A DNA stretch of 64,000 nt, taken from Desulfoplanes formicivorans. GTDB taxonomy: Bacteria; Desulfobacterota; Desulfovibrionia; Desulfovibrionales; Desulfomicrobiaceae. The position numbers were made by a program, and so were the translations under genes. Location: assembly GCF_001748225.1 (NCBI RefSeq), contig NZ_BDFE01000015.1, forward strand, positions 361,437 through 425,436, written 5' to 3'. This document shows, in pieces, positions 1-10,504 of this stretch (position 1 is its first letter; each line of letters opens with the position of its first letter). The notes under the pieces were generated by a model. That model saw only the letters and a program-made list of their open reading frames with translations, did not search any database and had not been told where the DNA came from.

Positions 1-151
1 GTTGACAAAGTGGTCAATCAGATAATGCAAACGCTGGCGGAAAAACCTCTTTCTGCTGTTTCGTAAACCCGGTCACAGGAAAAACAGAAAAATGACAAAT
101 CCTGCTTGACAAGGGAACGGCTTTCTGGAAAAAGCCTCTTCACGCAACGCG

Positions 152-227
152 TAGGCGCGTAGCTCAGTGGGAGAGCACTTGCTTGACGTGCAAGGGGTCA
201 GGAGTTCAACCCTCCTCGCGCCTACCA
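152..227 (+). tRNA. tRNA-Val (anticodon GAC)
   Basis: Cloverleaf readable by eye: acceptor AGGCGCG/CGCGCCT, D-arm GCTC-AGTGGGA-GAGC, anticodon stem CTTGC/GCAAG with loop TTGACGT (anticodon GAC), T-arm GGAGTTCAACCCTCC, discriminator A, encoded CCA. Confidence 0.9.
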
Positions 228-244
228 AGTAAGAAATCGACGAT

Positions 245-275
245 TAGGGAGGCTAACGCCTCCCTAACTTGTTTT
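245..275 (+). terminator. Rho-independent terminator-like hairpin after tRNA-Val and before thrS
   Basis: Perfect 9-bp stem TAGGGAGGC/GCCTCCCTA with 4-nt loop followed by ACTTGTTTT. Could also be part of a thrS leader structure. Confidence 0.5.
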
Positions 276-301
276 AAGCTTTGAAGCATTGGACGGCGAA
301 C

Positions 302-2233
302 ATGATCAAGATCAACGGCGAGGAAAGAGATGTCCTGGCGGGTCAGACCTGCAAGGACGTTTTGGCACAGGTGCTTTCCGGAAAAAAGCTCAAGTCTACA
401 GTGGCCTGTCTGTGCGATGGCGCGTTGCTGGATCTCGGCCGTGAAGTTCCTTCCGGATGCAGGGAAATGGAACCGGTTTTTCTGGACAGCGAAGCCGGGC
501 TTGAGGTGATCAGGCACAGCGCTGCTCATGTCATGGCCGAGGCGGTCAAGGAACTGTTTCCTTCTGCCAAGGTGACCATCGGTCCGTCTGTGGAAAACGG
601 TTTTTACTACGATTTTGATTATGAGCGGTCCTTTACGCCCGATGATCTTGCGGCCATCGAGGCCAAGATGACCGAGTCCATCCAGGCGAACAAGCCGTTT
701 CAGCGTACTGAAATGTCCGCTGATGCAGCCAAGAAATTGTTTTTGGGCATGGGCGAGACCTATAAGGTTGAGATCATTGACGATCTGGGCGAAGAAACGG
801 TTTCTTTGTACACACACGGAAATTTTACGGATTTGTGCCGTGGTCCCCATGTGCCCTCTACCGGGTTCATCCGGGCCTTCAAACTGACTTCAGTGGCCGG
901 GGCCTATTGGCGGGGCGACGAAAACAAGCCCATGCTCCAGCGCATTTACGGGACCGCCTTTGCAACGGCCAAGGATCTCAAAAAGCATCTCCATCTGATC
1001 GAAGAGGCCAAGAAGCGGGACCATCGCAAGCTGGGCACTCAGCTTGATCTGTTCAGCTTTTCCGATGAGGCGGCTCCGGGCATGCCCATCTGGCATCCCA
1101 AGGGAGCCCTTGTCCGGACCATTCTCGAAGACTTTGAGCGCAAGGAGCATTTGCGCCGCGGCTATGACATTGTGCAGGGGCCGATCATTCTTCGTCGGGA
1201 GTTGTGGGAGAAATCAGGGCATTACGACAACTACCGTGAAAACATGTATTTCACGGAGATTGACGGCCAGGCCTATGGGGTCAAACCCATGAACTGTCTG
1301 TCCCACATGCTCATCTACAAGTCCCAGATCCGCAGCTATCGGGATCTGCCTATCAGGTATTTCGAGCTGGGCAACGTGCACCGCCATGAAAAATCCGGGG
1401 TGCTCCACGGTCTGCTCCGGGTTCGCGAATTCACCCAGGATGATGCCCATATCCTGTGCCGTCCCGATCAGTTGCAGGACGAGATCAAGGGAGTCATTGC
1501 CTTTGTTCAGGATGTCATGGAATTGTTCGGGTTCGAATATTCCATGGAGATCAGTACCCGGCCGGAAAAATCCATTGGCACGGACGAGGATTGGGATCGG
1601 GCTACCGGGGCCCTGCAGCAGGCGCTGGAAAGTTCCGGCCTGGAGTATGAAATCAACGCCGGAGACGGAGCCTTTTACGGGCCCAAGATTGACGTCAAGG
1701 TCAAGGACGCCCTGGGACGTGAATGGCAGTGCGCAACCATTCAATGCGATTTCACCTTGCCAGAGCGTTTCGATCTGGTCTATATAGGTGAGGATGGTGC
1801 ACGGCACAGGCCGGTCATGTTGCATCGGGTCATTCTCGGTGCGGTGGAGCGGTTTCTGGGCATCCTCATCGAGCATTACGCGGGAGCCTTTCCCGTGTGG
1901 CTGGCCCCGGTGCAGGCACGGATTCTCACCGTGACCGAGATGCACAACGAGTATGCCAGCAAGGTGCTCTCCATTCTCAAGCAAGGCGGCATCCGTGTGG
2001 AGGCCGATCTGCGTAACGAGAAACTTGGCTACAAGGTCCGCGAGGCCCAGATGGCCAAGATTCCATATATGCTGGTTGTTGGCGAAAAAGAGATCGAACA
2101 GGGTCTTGTCAGCGTCCGGCTGAGAAATGGTAAGAATCTGGGGGCCATGCCCCTGGAGGAAGTCATTGAATTGGTAACGGCCGATACCTTGGAGCCGTTC
2201 AAAAAGGGAGGAATGAGCTATACAATCTACTAA
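302..2233 (+). CDS. thrS: Threonyl-tRNA synthetase
   Basis: The 650-aa ORF has an N-terminal TGS-like region ([11 protein letters not shown]) and class II aaRS motifs (HRHEKSG, anticodon-binding C-terminus). ATG at 302 is preferred over the TTG at 281 used by the ORF track. Confidence 0.93.
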   Translation: MIKINGEERDVLAGQTCKDVLAQVLSGKKLKSTVACLCDGALLDLGREVPSGCREMEPVFLDSEAGLEVIRHSAAHVMAEAVKELFPSAKVTIGPSVENGFYYDFDYERSFTPDDLAAIEAKMTESIQANKPFQRTEMSADAAKKLFLGMGETYKVEIIDDLGEETVSLYTHGNFTDLCRGPHVPSTGFIRAFKLTSVAGAYWRGDENKPMLQRIYGTAFATAKDLKKHLHLIEEAKKRDHRKLGTQLDLFSFSDEAAPGMPIWHPKGALVRTILEDFERKEHLRRGYDIVQGPIILRRELWEKSGHYDNYRENMYFTEIDGQAYGVKPMNCLSHMLIYKSQIRSYRDLPIRYFELGNVHRHEKSGVLHGLLRVREFTQDDAHILCRPDQLQDEIKGVIAFVQDVMELFGFEYSMEISTRPEKSIGTDEDWDRATGALQQALESSGLEYEINAGDGAFYGPKIDVKVKDALGREWQCATIQCDFTLPERFDLVYIGEDGARHRPVMLHRVILGAVERFLGILIEHYAGAFPVWLAPVQARILTVTEMHNEYASKVLSILKQGGIRVEADLRNEKLGYKVREAQMAKIPYMLVVGEKEIEQGLVSVRLRNGKNLGAMPLEEVIELVTADTLEPFKKGGMSYTIY

Positions 2234-2252
2234 GGCCCGAAGGAATAGGCAG

Positions 2253-2741
2253 ATTCGAGTTCGTGAAGTACGGGTAGTGACCGATGACGGAACCCAGCTT
2301 GGCGTCATGCCCACGCATCAGGCGTTGCAAACGGCTGAAGAACAGGGGCTCGATCTTGTGGAAGTGGCTCCCAATGCACGCCCGCCGGTGTGCAAGATCA
2401 TGGATTACGGGAAGTATCAGTATCAGCAGAAAAAGCAGCAGCAACTTGCCCGGAAAAAGCAGACCACCATCCAGCTCAAGGAAATCAAGTTTCGTCCCAA
2501 GACCGACGATCATGACCTTGAGACCAAGGTTCGGCATATCCGCAGGTTTATTGATGAAGGAAACCGGTGCAAGGTAAGCATCTTTTTCCGTGGTCGGGAA
2601 ATGGCCCACAAGGATCGTGGCTATGCCCTGCTGCAGCGGGTTACCGAGCTGGTCAAGGATATCGCCAAGGTGGAGCAGGCCCCCAGGTCCGAAGGGCGGT
2701 CCATGCATCTGCTCTTGACGCCGTTGCCCAAAACCAAATAA
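2253..2741 (+). CDS. infC: Translation initiation factor IF-3; probable non-canonical AUU start at 2253 (the ORF track used GTG at 2277)
   Basis: The protein matches IF-3 ([41 protein letters not shown]). The in-frame upstream extension [12 protein letters not shown] aligns to the E. coli IF-3 N-terminus (INGEIRAQEVRL). ATT at 2253 is preceded by GAAGGAATAGG (SD-like). An AUU start is the known IF-3 autoregulatory feature. Confidence 0.85.
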   Translation: MRVREVRVVTDDGTQLGVMPTHQALQTAEEQGLDLVEVAPNARPPVCKIMDYGKYQYQQKKQQQLARKKQTTIQLKEIKFRPKTDDHDLETKVRHIRRFIDEGNRCKVSIFFRGREMAHKDRGYALLQRVTELVKDIAKVEQAPRSEGRSMHLLLTPLPKTK

Positions 2742-2928
2742 GAGACTCCTCTGCGTTTCCAGGCTGTGCGCTTTCTTTTTGTCCCCGGACTATCCGGCAG
2801 GACACATGGATCTGGTTGCGGGGCGGGGTTGTGCCTTTTTTGAAAAGATAATCATGAAAGCGGGTGTACCTTCCCGTTACAAGCATCCGTTTTTTCGATA
2901 TATAATGAGTTCATTACAGGAGGGTTGT

Positions 2929-3129
2929 ATGCCTAAGCTGAAAACCAACAAGAGTGCTGCCAAACGGTTCACCACGACCGGCACCGGCAAGGTCAAGCGG
3001 AACCGGAGCAATAGCCAGCACATTTTGACCAAGAAGAACGCCAAACGGAAACGAAGACTGCGTCAGTCCACTACCATGGACAAGAGCACGCTCAAATCCG
3101 TCAAACGGCTCGTCCCCACTATTTTCTAA
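2929..3129 (+). CDS. rpmI: 50S ribosomal protein L35
   Basis: [14 protein letters not shown]..., 66 aa, very basic, preceded by AGGAGGG SD. The larger ORF 2779..3129 is an artefactual 5' extension. Confidence 0.9.
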   Translation: MPKLKTNKSAAKRFTTTGTGKVKRNRSNSQHILTKKNAKRKRRLRQSTTMDKSTLKSVKRLVPTIF

Positions 3130-3144
3130 AGGAGTGGCTTTACC

Positions 3145-3498
3145 ATGCGTGTTAAAAGAGGCAAGGCCGCAAACAGGCGGCACAAGAAATATTTGAAGAT
3201 GGCCAAGGGCTACCGCGGAGCCCGAAGCAAGCTGTATCGTACCGCGCGGGAAACGGTTGAGCGGGCTCTTGTCTACTCCTACCGTGACCGCAAACAGAGA
3301 AAGCGCGAATTCCGCAAGCTCTGGATTCTTCGCATCAGCGCAGCCTGCAAGGAACACGGCATTTCCTACAGCCGGTTCATGCACGGTCTCTCCGAGGCCG
3401 AGGTCGGACTGAACAGAAAGATGCTGGCCGATATGGCCGTCAACGATAAGGGATCCTTCGCCAAGTTGGCTGAAATGGCCAAAGCAAAAGTGAATTAG
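3145..3498 (+). CDS. rplT: 50S ribosomal protein L20
   Basis: [36 protein letters not shown]... is the canonical L20 sequence, 117 aa. Confidence 0.95.
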   Translation: MRVKRGKAANRRHKKYLKMAKGYRGARSKLYRTARETVERALVYSYRDRKQRKREFRKLWILRISAACKEHGISYSRFMHGLSEAEVGLNRKMLADMAVNDKGSFAKLAEMAKAKVN

Positions 3499-3499
3499 C

Positions 3500-4546
3500 G
3501 TGACAAGACAAGCATTGATCGAAATGTTGGAGAGCCTGGTCGGGGAGCTTGAAAAGGCCCTCGGCCAGGTTTCTTCTTTGGAAGACCTGGAAGCGATCCG
3601 GGTTAGGTTTTTGGGACGCAAGGGCGCTCTGGCCGGGCTTATGCCCCAGGTGGGAGCATTGCCTACAGAAGAGCGTCCCGAAGTGGGCAAGGCCGCCAAC
3701 CGGGTCAAGACCGGGATGATGCAGCTTTGGGAGACCAGAAAGCAGGAACTCGAACAGGCTCAGGAGCGGGAATCCCTGGCCGGGTTTGATCCGACCATTC
3801 CCGGACGCACTCCTGACCAGGGTTCGCTGCATCCCATCACCCTGGTGATGAACGACATCTGCAAGACCTTTACGGGCCTGGGTTTCGAGGTGGTTTCCGG
3901 ACCTGAAGTGGAAAACGACTTCTACAATTTCGAGGCCTTGAACCTGCCGCCGGACCATCCGGCCAGGGACATGCAGGATACCCTGTACATCACGGACAAG
4001 ATCCTCATGCGTACCCAGACCTCGCCCCTGCAGGTCCGGACCATGGAACGGCAGAAACCGCCTGTGGCCATCATTGCTCCTGGAAAGGTCTATCGGCGGG
4101 ATTCCGACCTGACCCATACCCCCATGTTTCATCAGATCGAGGGCCTTCTGGTGGACCGGGACGTGACCATGGCCGATCTTCGCGGTACCCTGAATGCCTT
4201 TATCCGGACCACCTTTGGCGCGGACGTGAAGATGCGTTTTCGCCCCAGCTTTTTCCCCTTTACCGAGCCCAGCGCCGAAGTGGACATGAGCTGCGTCATG
4301 TGCAACGGCACGGGTCGCGTGGACGGCAAGCCCTGCCGGGTTTGCAAGGAAAGCGGCTGGGTGGAGATCCTTGGATGCGGGATGGTGGATCCAGCGGTTT
4401 TTACCAACGTGGGGTATGATCCCGAGGTCTATCAGGGCTTTGCCTTCGGGTTGGGGATCGAGCGCATCGCCATGCTCAAGTACGGGATTGGTGATCTGCG
4501 CATGTTTTTTGAAAACGATGTCCGATTCCTGGGACAGTTCGTGTAA
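3500..4546 (+). CDS. pheS: Phenylalanyl-tRNA synthetase alpha subunit
   Basis: Class II aaRS core ([26 protein letters not shown]) aligns along its length to E. coli PheS. The start is uncertain: GTG at 3500, one nucleotide after the rplT stop, or ATG at 3524. Confidence 0.93.
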   Translation: MTRQALIEMLESLVGELEKALGQVSSLEDLEAIRVRFLGRKGALAGLMPQVGALPTEERPEVGKAANRVKTGMMQLWETRKQELEQAQERESLAGFDPTIPGRTPDQGSLHPITLVMNDICKTFTGLGFEVVSGPEVENDFYNFEALNLPPDHPARDMQDTLYITDKILMRTQTSPLQVRTMERQKPPVAIIAPGKVYRRDSDLTHTPMFHQIEGLLVDRDVTMADLRGTLNAFIRTTFGADVKMRFRPSFFPFTEPSAEVDMSCVMCNGTGRVDGKPCRVCKESGWVEILGCGMVDPAVFTNVGYDPEVYQGFAFGLGIERIAMLKYGIGDLRMFFENDVRFLGQFV

Positions 4547-4641
4547 CCCGGGTGTACTCCCCGAGTATGCTTTCGCCCTTTTTCGCGTCATTCCGGACCT
4601 TCCGGAAGCGCAGATTTACATAACAAACAGAGATTTTTCGC

Positions 4642-7041
4642 ATGCTGCTCAGTCTGAACTGGCTACGAGATTTTACCCCCTATGAAGGGGATCTGGACGA
4701 GTTGGCCGATCGCTTGACCATGCTCGGTCTGGAAGTTGACGAGATATCCCATCCCTTTGCCCATCTGGACTCCATTATTGTCGGTCATGTGGTCCAATGC
4801 GAGGCGCATCCGGAATCCGACCACCTGCATGTGTGCAAGGTGGATGTGGATGCCGGGGAACTTCTTGACATTGTCTGTGGTGCTCCCAACGTGGCGCAAG
4901 GGCAGAAGGTTGCCGTGGCTCCGGTGGGAACAATCATGCCCAACGGCATGAAGATCAAGAAGGCCAAACTTCGGGGCATGCCCTCCCGGGGGATGATCTG
5001 CTCGGCCATGGAACTCGAACTTGGCAACGACCACAGCGGGATCATGGTTCTTGACGACTCCCTGGCGCCCGGAACCAAGCTCATTGATGCCCTGGGCCTG
5101 GAAACCAGTGTCCTGGATATCGACATCACCCCCAACCGCGGGGATTGCTTGAGTGTTCTGGGATATGCCCGGGAAATCGCAGCCGCCTACAATCTGCCCC
5201 TGACCATGCCCAGGGTGGAGTGTGTGGAAACCGGACCTTCCTGCCAGGACATGGTTTCCGTACAGATTGATCAGGCCAGCCTGTGTCCGTCCTATCTTGC
5301 CCGCATTATTCAGGGCGTTTCCAATGTTCAGAGCCCGGACTGGATGCGCTACCGTCTTCTGGCCGTGGGCCTTCGCCCCATCAGCGCGGTTGTGGACGTG
5401 ACCAATTACGTGCTCATGGAGCTGGGTCAGCCCTTGCACGCCTTTGACCGCTCCCTGATTCGAGGTGGCAAGATCCGGGTCGCCCCGGCCCGAGAAGGTA
5501 TGGTTTTCACCACGTTGGACAACAAGGAGCGCAAGCTGTTGTCTTCGGACCTGCTCATCTGGGACGGTGAGCGTCCCGTTGCCCTGGCCGGTGTCATGGG
5601 TGGGGCCAATTCCGAAATTTCCGAAGCATCCACCGAAGTCCTGCTTGAAAGCGCTGTTTTCCATCCCGGCACCATCCGCAAGACAGCCAGACGACTGGCC
5701 CTTGGCAGCGATGCCTCCTTCAGGTTCGAACGCGGTGTCGATCAGGTGGGTTCACGTCTGGCCCTGGATCGGGCCGCAGATCTCATTGTCTCCTGTTGCG
5801 GTGGCCAGATCGCCAAGGGTGTGGCCGGATCAGTTCCCAGGCCCTACTCACCCCCGTCCATTGTGTTCCGCCCTGCCAAGGCCACCCGGCTTTTGGCCCT
5901 GGACGTGGAAGAGGGGTATTGTGAAAAGGTGCTCACCTCCCTTGGCTGCGAGCTTGCCAAGGCCAGTGACGGCTACCAGGTGACACCGCCCAGTTACCGC
6001 CTTGATCTCGAGCGTGAGGCCGATCTGATCGAAGAGGTGGCCAGGGTGTACGGCATGGACCGCCTGCCGGTCCGTCTCCCCAGGATCACCAAGAATCTGG
6101 ACGCCATGCTCAATGAAGATCCCCTGTTTGCCTTTAACAGCCGGATCAAGGCCTGGGCCATGGGATGCGGTCTTCATGAAGCCGTCAATTACAGTTTTGT
6201 CGCCACCAAGGACATGGATCGCCTGGCCATCCCCATGGAAGGGCGAGTCGAGATCCTCAATCCCCTGAACGAAGAGCTCAATGTTCTGAGATCCCAGATC
6301 GCTCCGGGGCTGTTCAACTCGCTGAAACACAACCTGGGCCAGGGCGCTACCCGTCTCAGGCTCTTTGAGGTGGCCCAGGTCTTTGTGCAGGATCCGACTT
6401 CGGATACCATGACCAAGGAGACCAACCGTCTGGGGCTTCTGGTGTACGGATCCCGTGAACCCCAGCGTTATCCCTTTGCCGCAGGTGATGTTGACTACAG
6501 TGACATCAAGGGGCTGGTCGAGAGCCTGACAGGGCATCTGGGTATCGGAACCCTGTCCTTTGCTTTGGCCGAAGAGCACCCCTATTTGCAGCCCTGTGTC
6601 CGGGTTCTGGCCGGAGAAACCTTTATCGGTCTGATCGGCATGCTCAAGCCGGCTCTGGCTGATGGGTACAATGCCAGTCACCGGGTCTGGTTTGCCGACA
6701 TGGATCTGGAAACGATCATGGACCTGACCGCCCGGTCGACGTGCACGTTCAGTCCCATTGCCAAATTCCCGGCGGTTCGGCGTGACATCACCATTATTGC
6801 CCCCAAGACCCTGCCTTTTGGCCGGATTGCCGAGGTCATCCTGGCGCGCAAGGAACCCCTGGTGGAGGATGTTGTTCTGCTGGACATCTACACCCCTGAA
6901 GAAGGCGCAAAGGAAAACCATGTCAGTCTGCGCGTGACCTACAGGAGCATGTCCAAGACCCTGAAGGACAAGGAAGTTGACAAGGTGCATACACGCATAG
7001 GACAAGAACTGCTGAACAAGCTGGAAGTCAGGTTCCCGTAA
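4642..7041 (+). CDS. pheT: Phenylalanyl-tRNA synthetase beta subunit
   Basis: 799 aa, starting MLLSLNWLRDF..., with tRNA-binding, B3/4 and B5 regions and a C-terminal anticodon-binding-like domain. Confidence 0.95.
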   Translation: MLLSLNWLRDFTPYEGDLDELADRLTMLGLEVDEISHPFAHLDSIIVGHVVQCEAHPESDHLHVCKVDVDAGELLDIVCGAPNVAQGQKVAVAPVGTIMPNGMKIKKAKLRGMPSRGMICSAMELELGNDHSGIMVLDDSLAPGTKLIDALGLETSVLDIDITPNRGDCLSVLGYAREIAAAYNLPLTMPRVECVETGPSCQDMVSVQIDQASLCPSYLARIIQGVSNVQSPDWMRYRLLAVGLRPISAVVDVTNYVLMELGQPLHAFDRSLIRGGKIRVAPAREGMVFTTLDNKERKLLSSDLLIWDGERPVALAGVMGGANSEISEASTEVLLESAVFHPGTIRKTARRLALGSDASFRFERGVDQVGSRLALDRAADLIVSCCGGQIAKGVAGSVPRPYSPPSIVFRPAKATRLLALDVEEGYCEKVLTSLGCELAKASDGYQVTPPSYRLDLEREADLIEEVARVYGMDRLPVRLPRITKNLDAMLNEDPLFAFNSRIKAWAMGCGLHEAVNYSFVATKDMDRLAIPMEGRVEILNPLNEELNVLRSQIAPGLFNSLKHNLGQGATRLRLFEVAQVFVQDPTSDTMTKETNRLGLLVYGSREPQRYPFAAGDVDYSDIKGLVESLTGHLGIGTLSFALAEEHPYLQPCVRVLAGETFIGLIGMLKPALADGYNASHRVWFADMDLETIMDLTARSTCTFSPIAKFPAVRRDITIIAPKTLPFGRIAEVILARKEPLVEDVVLLDIYTPEEGAKENHVSLRVTYRSMSKTLKDKEVDKVHTRIGQELLNKLEVRFP

Positions 7042-7077
7042 CAGGGGCCAGGGGAGCTAATCATTGATCGAGGTCGC

Positions 7078-7392
7078 ATGTCCGAACCCTTGCCAACGAC
7101 GTACAAGATTGGTCAGGCAGCCAAGGCTGTCGGGGTGGAACCGCATGTGCTCAGATTCTGGGAGACCGAATTCCCCCAGCTCGTTCCCTGTCGCAAACCC
7201 AGCGGCCAGAGGTATTACACGCAGGAGCATATTGATCTGCTCAACCGTATCAAGAAACTGCTGTATGAAGACAAGCTGACCATTGAAGGCGCCCGCAGGC
7301 GTTTGCAGGATCATTCCAGCTTGTCCGCCCTTCTGCAGGAGATACAAACCGAATTGCAAGACCTCAAGAGCCTTCTCCAGGAAGACTCTTGA
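7078..7392 (+). CDS. MerR-family HTH transcriptional regulator (small, no effector domain)
   Basis: YKIGQAAKAVGVEPHVLRFWETEFPQL is a MerR-type HTH, followed by a coiled-coil tail. It lies directly downstream of pheT, as in many delta/gamma-proteobacteria. Confidence 0.7.
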   Translation: MSEPLPTTYKIGQAAKAVGVEPHVLRFWETEFPQLVPCRKPSGQRYYTQEHIDLLNRIKKLLYEDKLTIEGARRRLQDHSSLSALLQEIQTELQDLKSLLQEDS

Positions 7393-7402
7393 GGTCTTTT
7401 TT
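7360..7402 (+). terminator. Rho-independent terminator closing the thrS-pheT-merR transcription unit
   Basis: 11-bp stem GACCTCAAGAG/CTCTTGAGGTC followed by TTTTTTG. It overlaps the 3' end of the MerR-like CDS. Confidence 0.6.
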
Positions 7403-7463
7403 GTTCCAGATTCACGTCTGTTGGTGGACAACAGATGGTGTTACAAGGTGAGAAGGAGAGACC

Positions 7464-8642
7464 ATGCGACTTTCACAACGGATCAACCAGATCCAGCCCT
7501 CGGCCACACTGGCCATGAACGCTTTGACCCAGAAACTCCGGGACCAGGGAAAAGAGGTCATCAGCCTGGCTGTGGGGCAACCCGATTTTTCCACCCCGGA
7601 TCATGTCTGCGCAGCCGCCCATGCGGCCATTGATCAGGGATTCACCAGGTATACGGCTGTTCCCGGTATCCAGGAACTCAGGACGGCTGTGGCCGGGTAT
7701 TTCAAACGATTTTACAATGTAAACGCCGGGGCTGACAACGTTGTGGTGACCAACGGGGGCAAACAGTCTCTGTTCAATCTTTTCCAATGCCTGCTTGATC
7801 CGGGTGACGAGGTGCTTCTTCCTGCTCCCTATTGGGTCAGTTATCCGGCCATGATCCAGCTTGCCCAGGGAAGATCGGTCATCGTGCCCACAGAGCCGGA
7901 TGAGGATTTTCTGGTGTCCGTGGAGGCCCTGGAAGCCCATAGAACCGATGCCACCCGGATGCTTGTGCTCAACACCCCGTCCAACCCCACGGGATGTCAT
8001 TATCCCAGGGAGCGGGTGGACGAAATCGCCCAGTGGGCCGTGGATCATGATATTTTTGTCATCTCCGACGAGATTTACGACCAGCTGGTGTATGCTCCGG
8101 GCAAACCGGTTTCCCTGTCCACCTGGTGGGAAAAACATCCCGAACGCTTTGCCGTGGTCAATGGACTGGCCAAGAGTTTTGCCATGACCGGGTGGCGGAT
8201 CGGGTACACCCTTGCAGGAGATTCCCTGATCAAGGCCCTGTCCAAGATCCAGAGCCAGTGTACTTCCAACATCTGCTCCATTGCCCAAAAGGCAGCACTG
8301 GCTGCCTTGACCGGACCCTGGGAGCCCGTTGTCATGATGCGCGAGGCCTTTGCCGTCCGGCGGAACATGGCCCTTGAACATGTCCGGTCCTGGCCGCATG
8401 TGGTCTGCCCGGCCCCGGTGGGGGCGTTTTATCTTTTCCCCAAGGTGGATCATTATTATAACGATGAAGTCAGGGATTCCACGGCCCTTTGTGCGTACAT
8501 CCTGGAAAAGGCCGGTGTTGCGCTGGTTCCGGGAGCCGCCTTTGGGGACGACCGGTGCGTGCGCATTTCCTACGCCCTGGACGAAGCAACCATTTTGTTG
8601 GCCCTGGACAAAATCCGCGATGTTCTGACCTCCCTGGGGTAA
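7464..8642 (+). CDS. Class I (aspartate/aromatic-type) PLP-dependent aminotransferase
   Basis: 392 aa with the aminotransferase class I/II fold signature (NPTGCHYPRERVDEIAQWAVDHDIFVISDEIYDQLVY; SKSFAMTGWRIGY, Lys-PLP). Confidence 0.85.
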   Translation: MRLSQRINQIQPSATLAMNALTQKLRDQGKEVISLAVGQPDFSTPDHVCAAAHAAIDQGFTRYTAVPGIQELRTAVAGYFKRFYNVNAGADNVVVTNGGKQSLFNLFQCLLDPGDEVLLPAPYWVSYPAMIQLAQGRSVIVPTEPDEDFLVSVEALEAHRTDATRMLVLNTPSNPTGCHYPRERVDEIAQWAVDHDIFVISDEIYDQLVYAPGKPVSLSTWWEKHPERFAVVNGLAKSFAMTGWRIGYTLAGDSLIKALSKIQSQCTSNICSIAQKAALAALTGPWEPVVMMREAFAVRRNMALEHVRSWPHVVCPAPVGAFYLFPKVDHYYNDEVRDSTALCAYILEKAGVALVPGAAFGDDRCVRISYALDEATILLALDKIRDVLTSLG

Positions 8643-8808
8643 GCCGCAGGCGCCTGCTGAAGGCTTCCGGGAGGACGGGTGGATGAAAGGGTTTTCCCCT
8701 TGACGTATTTGGGGTAGTCTTCTGGTATCTTTGTACAGATTTCAGGATGATCTCAACAACTGCGCATAATGCCCCCCGGGTACGCTGCGCACTTTCCAAG
8801 GAGCGATC

Positions 8809-10461
8809 ATGACAAGGAATACGGAGCAGACTCCCGCCTGGACGGCCCTGAAGGCTCACGCCCAAGACATGAAGCACGTGCACATGCGGACCCTGTTTGA
8901 TGAAGATCCGGACAGGTTTGGCATGTTTTCCCGGCGGGTCGGGTCCATTTTGTTCGATTTTTCCAAGAACAGGATCACGGATACGACCATGGACCTCCTC
9001 TTGGCCCTGGCCAAGGAACGCGGGGTGGATGAGGGGATCGCGGCCATGTTCGCGGGCGAGCGGATCAATGTGACCGAGAACCGGGCTGTTCTGCACACGG
9101 CCTTGCGCAACCGCTCGGACAGACCGGTGGTCCTTGATGGCCGCGATGTGATGGTTGATGTCCGGGCCGTTTGGGAGAAGATGCGCGATTTTACCCAAAT
9201 GGTCCGGGAAGGTGTATGGACGGGCTATACGGGGAAGGCAATCACCGATGTGGTCAATATCGGCATTGGCGGGTCGGATCTCGGTCCGAAGATGGCGACC
9301 ATGGCCTTGGCTCATTACTCCCACCCGAGGATGCGTTTTCATTTTGTGTCCAATGTGGACGGGACCCATCTGGCCACAACCCTGCAGGACCTTTCTCCGG
9401 AGACCACCCTGTTTCTGGTGGCCTCCAAGACCTTCACCACCCAGGAGACCATGACCAATGCCTGGTCCGCCCGGAACTGGTTGCTCGATCACGCAGGAGA
9501 TACCCAGGCTGTTGCCAGGCATTTTGTGGCCATGTCCACCAACCAGCAAGGCGTACAGGACTTTGGCATTGATCCCGACAACATGTTCGTGTTCTGGGAT
9601 TGGGTCGGCGGACGATACTCCCTGTGGTCGGCCATTGGCCTGTCCATTGCTCTGTCCATTGGCATGGATGGATTCGAGGAATTGCTCCAGGGGGCGTATG
9701 AAATTGACGAGCATTTCCGTACTGCGGCCCTGGTGGACAATGTTCCGGTGATCATGGGTTTATTGGGTATCTGGTACCGTAATTTCATGGGTGCCCAGTC
9801 CCAGGCCATTCTTCCCTATGACCAGTACCTGGAACGCTTTCCCGCCTATTTGCAGCAGGCAGACATGGAGAGTAACGGCAAGTCCGTGACCCGTGAGGGA
9901 GAGCGGGTTGCCAGCCAGACCGGTCCGATCCTGTGGGGGGAGCCAGGGACCAACGGACAGCATGCCTTTTACCAGCTTTTGCACCAGGGAACGACCCTGG
10001 TACCCTGTGACTTTCTGGCCCCTGCCCATTCCCTGCATCCCCTTGGGGATCATCATGAAAAGTTGCTGGCCAATTTTTTTGCCCAGACCGAGGCCCTCAT
10101 GCGTGGCAGAACCCTTGACGAGGCCAAGGCGGAACTGGCTTCCCAGGGGCTGTCTCCCCTTGAGATTGAAAAGCTTGCACCGCACAAGGTTTTTCCGGGC
10201 AACCGGCCGAGCAATTCCCTTCTGTTCGAACGGCTTGATCCCCAAACCCTGGGCAGTCTCATCGCCTTGTACGAACACAAGATCTTTGTTCAGGGATGGA
10301 TCTGGGGGATCAATTCCTTTGACCAGATGGGCGTGGAACTGGGCAAGGAGCTGGCAGGCAGAATCCTTCCCGAGCTGGTGCAGGATGAACCCGTCATGGT
10401 CCATGACAGTTCGACCAACGGGCTGATCAATTATTGGAAGAAATTGCGTCGAAAAGGATGA
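8809..10461 (+). CDS. pgi: Glucose-6-phosphate isomerase
   Basis: 550 aa with PGI signatures ([11 protein letters not shown], sugar-isomerase domain). SD-like GGAG lies upstream of the ATG. Confidence 0.95.
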   Translation: MTRNTEQTPAWTALKAHAQDMKHVHMRTLFDEDPDRFGMFSRRVGSILFDFSKNRITDTTMDLLLALAKERGVDEGIAAMFAGERINVTENRAVLHTALRNRSDRPVVLDGRDVMVDVRAVWEKMRDFTQMVREGVWTGYTGKAITDVVNIGIGGSDLGPKMATMALAHYSHPRMRFHFVSNVDGTHLATTLQDLSPETTLFLVASKTFTTQETMTNAWSARNWLLDHAGDTQAVARHFVAMSTNQQGVQDFGIDPDNMFVFWDWVGGRYSLWSAIGLSIALSIGMDGFEELLQGAYEIDEHFRTAALVDNVPVIMGLLGIWYRNFMGAQSQAILPYDQYLERFPAYLQQADMESNGKSVTREGERVASQTGPILWGEPGTNGQHAFYQLLHQGTTLVPCDFLAPAHSLHPLGDHHEKLLANFFAQTEALMRGRTLDEAKAELASQGLSPLEIEKLAPHKVFPGNRPSNSLLFERLDPQTLGSLIALYEHKIFVQGWIWGINSFDQMGVELGKELAGRILPELVQDEPVMVHDSSTNGLINYWKKLRRKG

Positions 10462-10504
10462 TCCCTGGCTGGAGTGATGGTCGGGACAGCCCGCCTGGCA
10501 AACC

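Noticed and set aside
206-850. 214-aa minus-strand ORF overlapping thrS
   Set aside because: It is entirely antisense to a well-supported thrS CDS and has no homology. This is a typical GC-rich antisense frame artefact.
2779-3129. 116-aa ORF extending rpmI upstream
   Set aside because: L35 homology starts at the internal ATG 2929, which has a strong SD. The upstream extension is non-conserved and covers the infC-rpmI regulatory spacer.
5848-7005. 385-aa minus-strand ORF inside pheT
   Set aside because: It is antisense to pheT, has low-complexity Gly/Pro/Arg-rich translation and no motifs.
8470-9714. 414-aa minus-strand ORF across the pgi region
   Set aside because: It is antisense to pgi, has no recognisable domain and an Arg/Pro/Gly-rich composition typical of spurious frames in high-GC DNA.
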